Source: an uncultured delta proteobacterium | GTDB lineage: Bacteria; Myxococcota_A; Polyangia; Polyangiales; Polyangiaceae | NCBI GenBank assembly: GCA_963716725.1 | Contig: CAVQUB010000007.1 | Coordinates: forward strand, 176,722 to 240,721 | Direction: 5' to 3' | DNA: 64,000 nt | Shown here: in pieces, positions 46,166-55,624 of the stretch | Layout of the letters: the number at the start of each line of letters is the position of its first letter | How positions within the stretch are numbered: the stretch's first letter is position 1 | The notes under the pieces: model-generated | What the model saw: only the letters and a program-made list of their open reading frames with translations | What the model was told of the DNA's origin: nothing | Databases searched by the model: none | Position numbers and translations under genes: made by a program

Positions 46166-48401
46166 TCAGCTCTCGCGTCCGAGGACCAACATGCCCAGCG
46201 GCGGCAAGGTGACCGTCGCAGACTGAGAATCTCCCGTGAGCCGGCACCGCTTCGGTGTCGACGCTGTTCAGTGTTTCGACTTGGCTCCCGCCAAAGGCGG
46301 CGTCGTCGGACGAGAGCAGCTCGACCCAGCGGCCGGCCTCGGGCATGCCCACGCGGTACTGTTCGCGGGGCGTCGGGGTCAGGTTCATGATCACGACGAC
46401 CTGCTCGTCGCCGCTGCGACGGAGGAACGACAGCACGCTGTTGTCGTGGTCACCGCAGTCGATCCACTCGAAGCTGTGGGGGCTGGGATCGTTTTCCCAG
46501 AACGCAGGCGTTGCGAGGTAGAGGCGACCCAGCGCCTCCATGAAGGTCTGCAGCTTGCGCCGCTCGGGGTCCTCGAGCAGGTGCCAGTCCACGCTGCCTT
46601 CGTGGTCCCACTCGCGCTCCTGCCCGATCTCGGTGCCCATGAACACCAGCTGCTTGCCGGGCCGCGTGTACTGGTAGGCCAGCAGCAAGCGGAGGTTCGC
46701 GAGCTTCTGCCAGTGGTCGCCCGGCATCTTCGAATAGAGCGAGCCTTTGCCGTGCACGACCTCGTCGTGGCTGATGCTGTTGATGAAGTGCTCGTGGAAC
46801 TCGTAGATCATCGAGAAGGTCAGCTGGTCTTGGTGGTAGCTGCGGTGGACCGGATCCTTCTCGAAATACTTGAGAGTGTCGTGCATCCACCCCATGTTCC
46901 ACTTGAAGGTGAAGCCGAGGCCTCCTTCGCGCGCGTCGCGAGTGACGCCGGCCCAGGAGGTGCTTTCTTCGGCGACGGTGAAGGCGCCGGGCACTTCTTC
47001 TTTGATGATGTGGTTGGTCGCCTTGATGAACTCGATGGCGTCCACGTTCTCCCGCCCGCCGTGTTGGTTCGGCAGCCACTGATCGTGCGGCCGGCTGTAG
47101 TCCAGGTAGAGCATCGACGCGACGGCATCGACGCGTAGGCCGTCGATGTGAAGCTCGTTCAGCCAGTAGAGCGCGCTTGCCAGCAGGAAGTTCTTCACCT
47201 CGGCTCGGCCAAAGTTGAAGATCAGCGTGCCCCAGTCCGGGTGCTCGCCGCGCCGCGGATCCTCGTGTTCGTAGAGCGCCGTGCCGTCGAAGCGGCGCAG
47301 CGCAAAGTCGTCCTTGGGGAAGTGCGCCGGGACCCAATCCACGATCACGCCGATGCCATTTTGGTGGCAATAGTCCACGAACCAGCGGAGATCGTCCGGT
47401 GAGCCGTGGCGCCCGGTGGGCGCGAAGTAGCTCGTGACCTGGTAGCCCCAGGATCCGAAGAAGGGGTGCTCGGCCAAGGGCATCAGCTCGAGGTGGGTGA
47501 AGCCGAGCCGCTTGCAGTACTCCACCAGCTTCGGCGCGGCTTCGCGATAGCTGAGGGAACGATTGCCTTCTTCGGGGATCCGCATCCACGAGCCCAGGTG
47601 AACTTCGTAGGCGCTCATCGGACGCCGCGTCGGATCGAGCTTGGCTCGCTCGGTCATCCAGCGGCCGTCGTTCCAGACGTGCGTCGCCCGGGTCACGATG
47701 GACGCCGTGGCGGGCGGCAGCTCGGCGCGTCGCGCCATCGGATCCGCCTTGAAGCGCAGCCCGCCCTCCTGCGTCTTGATCTCGAACTTGTAGAGCGCGC
47801 CTTCCTCGACCCCGGGCACGAAGAGCTCCCAGATCCCAGAGGCGCCCAGCGAGCGCATGGGCAGGGTGCGACCATCCCAACCGTTGAAGTCCGAGATGAT
47901 GCTCACGCGCCGGGCGTTCGGCGCCCAGACCGCAAAGGCGGTGCCTGTCTCGCCGTCGATGGCTCGCAGATTCGATCCGAGCACCGTCCACAGTTGGCGG
48001 TGGTTGCCCTCGCCGAACAGATGAAGGTCGAGCTCGCCGAGGGTCGGGGGAAAGCGATAGGGATCGCCGCGTTCCCAGCTGTTGCCGTCGGAGAAGTGGA
48101 AGCGGAGTCGGTACGCGACGGGCAAGCTCGCATCCGGAAGGAATGCGGCGAAGATGCCGTTGCCCAGCGCCGCCAGCTGCACGGCGCCCCCGCTAGCCAA
48201 GAGACACTCGGCGCGCGTTGCATCCGGATGAAACGCGCGCACGATGACCCCCGGGCGGCCGCCGACGGTCGCCGGATGCGCCCCCAGAAGGCGGTGCGGT
48301 TCGTGGTGATCGCCGTGCAGGAGCAGCTTCAGGTCGTCAGCGGAGCCTTGGAGCTCGGCGACGAAGTCATTTTCGACGCTCGAACGAGGTTGATCGGTCA
48401 T
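46166..48401 (-). CDS. glgB: 1,4-alpha-glucan branching enzyme (one-base indel near the C-terminus, ~46230)
   Basis: FAVWAPNA, YEVHLGSW, SWGYQ, DWVPAHFP, LRVDAVASMLY and SHDEVVHGK. The usual end QSATVTLPPLG...* is in the shifted frame with TGA at 46166-68. Confidence 0.93.
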
Positions 48402-48604
48402 CACACCTCCGGTCCTACCACGACCGCGCGATGCTCCCGACGCGAGCTTTGCGCGGGACTAGCTGAAGCCAACCGCGGCCTTGACCGGTGCTGCGTCCCG
48501 ACGTCAAGAGGGCCTCACTTCGGTCGGCGAGCCGCCCTGGGTCTCCTCCTGGCGTGCTCGCCTTGCAGGCGAGCCCTTGGGCAACGTAGAAAGGATCAGT
48601 TCGC

Positions 48605-50092
48605 ATGAAGTCCGCTGCCGCTACGTACGTTGCACCCACGACGCTCGCGACGACGCTGCTCGCGGACGCTTATCGTGATCGGACCAACGAAGCGCACAAG
48701 AAGGAATGGGGTCAGTTCTTCACGAGTTTCCCGATCGCGTCATTCATGGCGTCCTTGCTTCACGCACCGAAGCGTCGCGACGTCCGTTTGCTCGATGCGG
48801 GAGCCGGGACCGGCGTTCTCGGGCTCGCCGCAGCCCAGCAACTCATCACTCAGCATGGCGTGCGCGTCCATCTCGTGGCGGTCGAGAAGGAACCCGGCGC
48901 GATCGCCGCACTTCGAGAGGCGACATCGGATGCCCGTAGCCGGCTCGGCGCTGACATGCTGACCGTCGAGATCGTTGGTGACGATTTTCTGGACCTCGAT
49001 CGCCCGCGGCTTGGCATCGCTCCGCTCGCGAGCTTCGACTATGCGATCGCGAACCCGCCCTACTTCAAGATGTCGCCCTCCGACGATCGCGGCGGCGATG
49101 CTCCGAACGTCTACGCGCGCTTCATGGAGGTCGCAGCGCGTATGCTCCGGGAGGAGGGCGAGCTGTGCTTCATCATCCCGAGGAGCTTTGCGGCGGGCTA
49201 CTACTTCCGCCCCTTCAGGCGCAGGTTTCACGGCTTCATGCGGCTCGATCACGTTCACGTGTTCGAGTCTCGCCGTGATGCGTTTCGAATCGACGGCGTG
49301 CTTCAAGAGAACATCATCGTGCTCTACAGGCGTTCACGCATGGCCGAGCCGCGTGTCCGCATCTCGTGCTCCGTGGGCGAGCGTGACCTCTCTGACAGAT
49401 TCGAACACGAAGTGGACCGGGCACGAGTTCTCGCTCCAACGGACGCGAGTTCGGTGGTCCGCCTGCCTGCGACGGAGAGCGACCTGCACGTGATGGACAT
49501 TTTTGCGTCCTGGCGCGACTCGCTGGATACGTTCGGGCTGGAGGTGTCCACCGGACCGGTGGTGCCGTTCCGCGCGGAGCAGTTCCTGCGCGACGAGAAG
49601 TCGACGACCACGGTTCCGATGTTGTGGCTGCAACACGTGACGGCTGGTCGCGTGGAATGGCCGCTCGCGGCCGGATTCCGCAAGCCCGAGCATATTGAGC
49701 GTGCCGCCCCGGAGAAGCTCCTGGTAAAGAACCGGACTTACGTGCTGCTCCGCCGATTTTCGGCCAAGGAGGACGCTCGTCGACTCGTCGCTGCGCCGTA
49801 TGTTCGTGATTCGATTCGAGCGCCCATGCTCGGAATCGAGAACCACGTGAACTTCATCCACCGCAGGCGCGAGGTCTTGGCAGAAACCGAAGCCACTGCG
49901 CTCTCCGCGCTGCTCAACTCGCAGCTGTTTGATGCGTATTTTCGCATCTCTAGTGGCAACACGCAGGTGAGCGCAACGGAACTCAGAGCGTTGCCGCTCC
50001 CGTCGACGGAGATGCTCGAAGCGGTGGCGGTGCGCCTCGCGCGCGGAGCAAGCGAGGAGGAAGCCGTGGTCGAGGTGCTCGGTGAGCCGTGA
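48605..50092 (+). CDS. Type II N6-adenine DNA methyltransferase (BsuBI/PstI, Eco57I-domain type)
   Basis: GQFFT, LLDAGAGTG, IANPPYFK, IIPRSF, STGPVVPFR, ENHVN and SGNTQVSATEL. Confidence 0.9.
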   Translation: MKSAAATYVAPTTLATTLLADAYRDRTNEAHKKEWGQFFTSFPIASFMASLLHAPKRRDVRLLDAGAGTGVLGLAAAQQLITQHGVRVHLVAVEKEPGAIAALREATSDARSRLGADMLTVEIVGDDFLDLDRPRLGIAPLASFDYAIANPPYFKMSPSDDRGGDAPNVYARFMEVAARMLREEGELCFIIPRSFAAGYYFRPFRRRFHGFMRLDHVHVFESRRDAFRIDGVLQENIIVLYRRSRMAEPRVRISCSVGERDLSDRFEHEVDRARVLAPTDASSVVRLPATESDLHVMDIFASWRDSLDTFGLEVSTGPVVPFRAEQFLRDEKSTTTVPMLWLQHVTAGRVEWPLAAGFRKPEHIERAAPEKLLVKNRTYVLLRRFSAKEDARRLVAAPYVRDSIRAPMLGIENHVNFIHRRREVLAETEATALSALLNSQLFDAYFRISSGNTQVSATELRALPLPSTEMLEAVAVRLARGASEEEAVVEVLGEP

Positions 50093-51041
50093 GCGTAGGA
50101 AACTCAGGGAGGCGAAGGAGATCCTGGCCGCGATTGGCATGCCGAGGGCGCAGCAGAACCCCAACGCGATCTATACGTTTCTCGCGTTCAGCAACGTCAG
50201 GCAGCGTGCGCTCTGGTCCAGCGCGACCGCACCGCGGCTCACGCCGCATGATGTGATTGCGTTCGCGGCGGAGGCGTACGGCAAACAGTACGCGGAGAAC
50301 ACTCGCGAAACGATCCGCCGCCAGGCGATCCATCAGTTTGTGCAGGGGGGCGTTCTCGTGCGAAACCCGGACGAGCCCGGACTTGCGACCAACAGCCCGA
50401 GGACGCACTACGCGCTGACGGAGGAAGTGCTCCAAGTCATCCACGCCTTCGGCACGAGGGGCTTTGACGCGGCGGCCGTGACGTTCCGCGAGGCGACGGG
50501 CGGCGGGCTCGCCGAGCGCTATGCGAAGCCGCGACGTGCTGCCAACGTCACGGTGATCGTGGGCGGTGCAGCGATCACGCTCTCGCCGGGTGCGCACAAC
50601 CGGTTGCAGGGCCAGATCGTCGAGCAGTTCATCCCGCGCTTCGCCCCGGGCGCGCGAGTCCTCTACCTTGGTGACACCGACCACAAGTCCAAGCATGTGG
50701 ACGAGCTCCGACTCGCGAGCGTCGGCGTCCCCGTGAGGAAACACGACAAGCTCCCTGATTTGGTGGTTCACGACGAGAAGCGCAACTGGCTCTTCCTGAT
50801 CGAAGCCGTGACGTCGCACGGCCCGGTGAACGCGAAGCGTCACATTGAACTCGAGGCCGCACTCAAAGCGTCCGAAGTCGGCCGCGTCTACGTTTCCGCG
50901 TTCCCCTCGTTTCACGGGTTCAAGAAGTACGCGGCCGAAATCGCCTGGGAAACGGAGGTCTGGGTCGCCGAAGCCCCCGATCACATGCTCCACTTCAACG
51001 GTGACCGCTTCCTCGGCCCGCGTCACCCGGCCCGCGGGTGA
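50082..51041 (+). CDS. BsuBI/PstI family type II restriction endonuclease
   Basis: YAENTRETIRR, TNSP, LSPGAHN, KLPDLV, IEAVTSHGP and IAWETEVW. Overlaps the MTase stop. Confidence 0.9.
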   Translation: MSRERRKLREAKEILAAIGMPRAQQNPNAIYTFLAFSNVRQRALWSSATAPRLTPHDVIAFAAEAYGKQYAENTRETIRRQAIHQFVQGGVLVRNPDEPGLATNSPRTHYALTEEVLQVIHAFGTRGFDAAAVTFREATGGGLAERYAKPRRAANVTVIVGGAAITLSPGAHNRLQGQIVEQFIPRFAPGARVLYLGDTDHKSKHVDELRLASVGVPVRKHDKLPDLVVHDEKRNWLFLIEAVTSHGPVNAKRHIELEAALKASEVGRVYVSAFPSFHGFKKYAAEIAWETEVWVAEAPDHMLHFNGDRFLGPRHPARG

Positions 51042-51052
51042 GCGCCGCGAGG

Positions 51053-51157
51053 CTAGCTCCGCAGCACGCCGACGGGATCCGTCGTCTGCTCGATGACGGC
51101 GCGCTCGGCGCGAGTGGTGAGGCTCACCAGCCCCTCGTCGGCGTCGCTCTCGATCTC
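51053..51157 (-). pseudogene. Internally deleted copy of the 52612-53493 gene
   Basis: 51061-51157 matches 53379-53475 (7 mismatches in 97 bp by eye). It is joined to CTAGCTCCGC, which is also that gene's 3' end (52612-52621). Confidence 0.75.
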
Positions 51158-51186
51158 CGCGCGGTGGGGTGGGGGGGCGAGCGCGT

Positions 51187-52236
51187 CTACCCGCGCCGGG
51201 TGGAGCGTCCAACGCGCCGGCACCTCGCGTACACGCCAGCGCCGACCCCGGCGAGCATGAAAAGCAAGACCCACGCGCTGCGATCGCCCCGGACTGGCTC
51301 CGTGTGGTGAGCCAGGGCTCCGCCTTCGTTGGACTCGATGCACGCCGGGAGGGCCGTGCAAGGAATGACGGTGAGACCCGGAAATGTGCGGAGCCAGGCA
51401 TGCGTGTACTCGGGCACCGCGAAGATCCCCGGACTGCCGTCACAGAATGGCGACGCTGTCGCAGAAGCTATCCCAAGCAGGCGCCACTCGTGCCCGGCGT
51501 CATTACCGGAACCAACCTGGCCTCTCGAAACCAGCGCGTCTCCCGCGTCGAATCCTGCACGGCGGCTGCCAGGACCTCCTTGCATACTCGGCGACAAAGC
51601 TGCACGGACAAATGCGGGCGCTCCAGAATCCCCTGCACAAATACTTCCGCCTCTGCCACCGATCACGAGTCGCGGTGAACGGTGCACGATTTCTGTGCGT
51701 AGCTCTCGCTTGACGCCATCGGCTTCGCTTGCTGTCTCCCCGTAGCCGACTACGACGACTTGCGAGCCTGGCATCGCGAACTCGCGTGAAACTCCACGGG
51801 TCGGCTGCAGTACCGACGGGGCCACGGGGGCACGTTCAGAGAGCTCGCAGACCGCCAGGTCGAATGCTCCGCCCGGCGTCGCCTCGGGGTGTGCCGTGCA
51901 ACGGAGGACGCTCACACGCTTTGCGTGGGGTGGGCCGAAGTTTGCGGTCGTCACCCCGTGCGCGCAGTGTCCTGCGGTCAGGACTTGGTACGTGCCCACA
52001 GGCACGCCCGTACATCCGCGATCGAGCCTGACCACGGTGGGCCAGGCGCCTTCCTCGAGGCGCGTAGCGCCGACCAGCGCACGCGCGGGGGCGGGTAGAA
52101 GCAGCGCGGCTGCCACAGAGGCGGTGCTGACGATGCAGAAGGGCCGAGTACCGAGGGCGGCGTACCAGCTCCGGGCGCTCCCGCGCGTGCGCTCAGGGCT
52201 CCGGCAGCGCGTGCGAGAAGACGCTCGTCGTTGCAT
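51187..52236 (-). CDS. Trypsin-like (S1) serine protease with a C-terminal membrane anchor; start uncertain
   Basis: VLTAGHC, DLAV and CAGDSGAP triad, signal-like segment before LVG, and C-terminal TM plus basic residues. Confidence 0.7.
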   Translation of the reverse strand: MQRRASSRTRCRSPERTRGSARSWYAALGTRPFCIVSTASVAAALLLPAPARALVGATRLEEGAWPTVVRLDRGCTGVPVGTYQVLTAGHCAHGVTTANFGPPHAKRVSVLRCTAHPEATPGGAFDLAVCELSERAPVAPSVLQPTRGVSREFAMPGSQVVVVGYGETASEADGVKRELRTEIVHRSPRLVIGGRGGSICAGDSGAPAFVRAALSPSMQGGPGSRRAGFDAGDALVSRGQVGSGNDAGHEWRLLGIASATASPFCDGSPGIFAVPEYTHAWLRTFPGLTVIPCTALPACIESNEGGALAHHTEPVRGDRSAWVLLFMLAGVGAGVYARCRRVGRSTRRG

Positions 52237-52573
52237 TGGCGCCCGAGCTCGCAGGTCCGGAGAGGCCGCCGATCGCGAAGAGCCTTTGATGGGCGACCGC
52301 CGCAGCGGTGAACGATCGGGGTGCGGGCAGCGGATCGAGCAACTGCCACTGACCACCCGGTGACAGAACGCTCGTACTCGCAACTGGGTTTTCCCCGCCG
52401 GGCTCGAGCCCGCCGACCGCGAATATCTGGGTCGCCGTCGCGGTCACACCTGGCGCGCGCACGCCCGGCGCGCTCGGCGCAGCGCCCCAGGTCTTGGTCT
52501 CTGGGTCGAAGGTGTCGACGCCGTGCTCACCGAAGAGGTACAGGTGGCCAGCGAGTCCGACCGCAGCCTCGGC
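52193..52573 (-). pseudogene. Kelch-repeat gene remnant
   Basis: HLYLFG..DTFDPETKTW, IFAVGG, WQLLDPLPAPRS and LFAIGG. In-frame TAG at 52574-76 with no proper start. Confidence 0.6.
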
Positions 52574-52611
52574 CTAGTGCGGGGCCTGCGAAAGCACAGT
52601 TGCTTCGGAGC

Positions 52612-53493
52612 CTAGCTCCGCCGCCTCGCGTCCCAATTCAGTGACCATTGCGCTGGCCCGCCGCCGGTCAGCGGGCTCTGCGGGCGGTCTTCTTCGCGCT
52701 CCCCGTGCGCGTTCTCGACCCGCCAGCGGCGCGCTCCGATCTCGAAGCCCAGGTCACGGGAGACGATGTCTCGCAAGGCCACGGCGTCCCGCGCGATGCT
52801 GGTCGCGGTCACCGGGATCTGGCGGCTGACCGTGCACAGCATGCGGGTGTCGTCGGCGCTGCCGGTGAGCGCGACGCGCACGCTCCGGGTCACCGGCAGC
52901 GTCGAGGCGAAGAGCTGGACGTCCACGCCCCGCTCCCGCGCGCGCAATAGTGCTTCGACCAGCGCGGAGGCCTTGGGCGGAACGCCGAAGCGGCGCGTCG
53001 GCACGCTGAGCGCGCCGGCGACCTCGCGACCCGCCAGGCCGATCGCCGCCAGCACGTGCTGGCAGATCTGCATTTGGTCGGAGCTCAGGCGGTCGCCCGG
53101 GAGCGTGGTGCAGCGACCCATCAGCTTGATCGCCGAGCCAAAGTGCAGGGTCGTGTCGACCAACTCACGCTCCCCGGCCCGCAGACACAGGCTGGTGAAC
53201 GCGACGCCGCCGGCATCGCCCAGGAGCGCCTCGAGCTTGTCGCGCTTCGGTCCTCCCGGTTGCGGCATGCCCAGGTGCACCTCCAGTCGTTCGACCACGC
53301 CGCTGCCCGCGCGCTCGACGAAGGCCGCCTCCACCACCACCAGCGGATGTGATGCCGTGGGCTCCAGGCACTCGATGCGCAGCACGCCGACGGGATCGGT
53401 TGTCTGTTCGATGACGGCGCGTTCGGCGCGAGTGGTGAGGCCCAACAGCCCCTCGTCCGCGTCGCTCTCGATCTCGATCTCGGTGGGCCGCAT
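52612..53493 (-). CDS. Hypothetical protein
   Basis: ATG 2 nt after the glgX stop and host-like codon usage. No motif recognised. Confidence 0.6.
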   Translation of the reverse strand: MRPTEIEIESDADEGLLGLTTRAERAVIEQTTDPVGVLRIECLEPTASHPLVVVEAAFVERAGSGVVERLEVHLGMPQPGGPKRDKLEALLGDAGGVAFTSLCLRAGERELVDTTLHFGSAIKLMGRCTTLPGDRLSSDQMQICQHVLAAIGLAGREVAGALSVPTRRFGVPPKASALVEALLRARERGVDVQLFASTLPVTRSVRVALTGSADDTRMLCTVSRQIPVTATSIARDAVALRDIVSRDLGFEIGARRWRVENAHGEREEDRPQSPLTGGGPAQWSLNWDARRRS

Positions 53494-53495
53494 GA

Positions 53496-55610
53496 TCAGG
53501 AGTCCTCGCCGTGGCTCAGGAGCACCAGCGAGTGCGGCGAGAGCTGCAGCGTCGATCCGCGCGGCACGCGCGGCACGCGCGGACTCGCTTGAGCCGTGTT
53601 GATGATCTCCTTCCAGCGCCCGGCCGCGTGGATCACCGGGAGCGCGAACTGTCGCGCGCGTCCGGAGGCGTTGAGCAAGAGCAGCAGCGTCCTTCCTCGA
53701 TTCGGCCGGCCGCGCTCGTCGACCTCGTCGGAGGCCTGCCCATGCACCAGCATGCCGAGCACGCGGTTCTTCAACTGCATCCAGTCCAGGGTGGACATCT
53801 CGTGCCCGTCGGGGCGAAACCAGTGCACGTCCTTGAGGCCGGCGTCCGTGACGGGGTCCCCCGCGAAGAAACGGCGCCGACGAAACACCGGGTTTTCCGC
53901 GCGGATCTTGAACACCTTGCGGAAGAAAGCCAGCAGCTCACGCTTCTCTTTGGTCAGCTCCCAGTCCACCCACGACAGCTCGTTGTCCTGGCAATACGAG
54001 TTGTTGTTCCCGCGCTGGGATCGTCCCAGCTCGTCTCCGTGGGAGATCATCGGTACGCCCTGCGAGAAGGCCAGCGTGGCAGCGAAGTTCTTCGCCATTC
54101 GCGACCGTAGCTCCAGGATGCCCGGCGAGTCCGTCTCACCCTCGACGCCCCAGTTCTTGCTGAAGTTCTCGTTGGCCCCGTCGCGGTTCTCTTCACCGTT
54201 GTCGGCGTTGTGTTTGGCCTCGTAGCTGACCAGATCGGCCAGCGTGAAGCCGTCGTGGCAGGTCACGAAGTTGATGCTGGCGTGCGGCCCGCGATCGCTG
54301 CCCTGGAACACGTCACTCGATCCCGAGAGGCGCGCCGCCACCTCGGGCACCTGGCCCTCGTCCATGCGCCAGAATCGGCGAATCACGTCGCGATAGCGCC
54401 CATTCCACTCGGCCCAGAGCGGAGGGAAGGCGCCGAGTCGATAGCCCCCGGGTCCGACGTCCCAAGGCTCGGCGATGAGCTTCACGCGAGAGAGCACCGG
54501 ATCTTGCTGCACGGTGGCGAAGAAGCGCGCGAAGCTCGAGAACTCCGTGGGCTCCCGCGCCAGGACCGGCGCCAGGTCGAAGCGGAAGCCGTCGACGTGC
54601 ATCTCCTGAACCCAGTAGCGCAGGCTGTCGAGCACGAGCTGCAGCACGCGCGGGTGGGAGATGCGCAGCGTATTGCCGCAGCCCGTGAAATCCATGTGCC
54701 GCAGCGGGTCGTCGGGGCTCAGGTGGTAGTACGCGCGGTTGTCGAGGCCGCGGAAGCAGACGGTGGGCCCGGAAGCGTCGCCTTCGCTGCTGTGGTTGTA
54801 GACCACGTCGAGCAGGACCTCGATGCCGACGCGGTGGAAGGCCTTCACCATGGTCTTGAACTCGTCGTTCTGCGCGCCACGGTCGGACGAAGCGAAGCGC
54901 GAGTCCGGAGCGAAGAACCCCAGGGTGTTGTAGCCCCAGTAGTTGTCGAGCCCGAGCTCGCACAGGTGCCGCTCCGAGACTCGGTGGTGCACCGGCAAGA
55001 GCTCGACGGCGGTGACGCCCAGATCGAGCAGGTGGTCGAGGATGGGATCCGAGGCGAGCCCCAGGTACCTGCCGCGCAGATGCGCTGGCACGTCGGGGTG
55101 TCGCGCGGTCATGCCCTTGACGTGACACTCGTAGATCACCGTTCGGCTCCACGGGGTCTGGGGCGCGCGGTCGTCTCCCCAGGTGAAGGCGGTGTCGACG
55201 ACCACGCTCCGAGGCACGTAGGGCGCGCTGTCCTCCCGCGAGAAGCTGCCGCCGCCCACGCCGAGCCCGTCTTCGTAGCCGAAGACCGCGCGGTGCCACT
55301 CCAGCTTGCCGGCAATCGCCTTGGCGTAGGGATCGACCAAGAGCTTGTGCGGGTTGAAGGCGAGGCCGCGCTCCGGCTGGTACTCACCGTGAAGGCGGTA
55401 GCCGTAGAGCTGACCCGGGCGCACGTCCGGCAGGTAAGCGTGCCAGATGCGGTTTTGGCTCTCGCGGAAGAGCACGCGGGTCTCGGCGCCCTGTTCGTCG
55501 AAGAGGCAGAGCTCGACGGCCTCTGCCTCGCCGGAGAAGAGCGCGAAGTTCACCCCCTCGCCATCCCAAGTGGCGCCGAGGGGATGGGGATCGCCAGGCC
55601 AAACGCGCAC
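53496..55610 (-). CDS. glgX: Glycogen debranching enzyme
   Basis: PLGATWDGEGVNFALFS, NYWGYNT, LDVVYNH, DGFRFDLA, AEPWD, HDGFTL and GNNNSYCQDN. Confidence 0.95.
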   Translation of the reverse strand: MRVWPGDPHPLGATWDGEGVNFALFSGEAEAVELCLFDEQGAETRVLFRESQNRIWHAYLPDVRPGQLYGYRLHGEYQPERGLAFNPHKLLVDPYAKAIAGKLEWHRAVFGYEDGLGVGGGSFSREDSAPYVPRSVVVDTAFTWGDDRAPQTPWSRTVIYECHVKGMTARHPDVPAHLRGRYLGLASDPILDHLLDLGVTAVELLPVHHRVSERHLCELGLDNYWGYNTLGFFAPDSRFASSDRGAQNDEFKTMVKAFHRVGIEVLLDVVYNHSSEGDASGPTVCFRGLDNRAYYHLSPDDPLRHMDFTGCGNTLRISHPRVLQLVLDSLRYWVQEMHVDGFRFDLAPVLAREPTEFSSFARFFATVQQDPVLSRVKLIAEPWDVGPGGYRLGAFPPLWAEWNGRYRDVIRRFWRMDEGQVPEVAARLSGSSDVFQGSDRGPHASINFVTCHDGFTLADLVSYEAKHNADNGEENRDGANENFSKNWGVEGETDSPGILELRSRMAKNFAATLAFSQGVPMISHGDELGRSQRGNNNSYCQDNELSWVDWELTKEKRELLAFFRKVFKIRAENPVFRRRRFFAGDPVTDAGLKDVHWFRPDGHEMSTLDWMQLKNRVLGMLVHGQASDEVDERGRPNRGRTLLLLLNASGRARQFALPVIHAAGRWKEIINTAQASPRVPRVPRGSTLQLSPHSLVLLSHGEDS

Positions 55611-55624
55611 GGGCCGCGACTCTA

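Noticed and set aside
43416..48404. 1662-aa ORF suggesting a giant GlgB fusion
   Set aside because: Produced by a one-base indel near 46230. The extension is out-of-frame or antisense sequence over three other genes.
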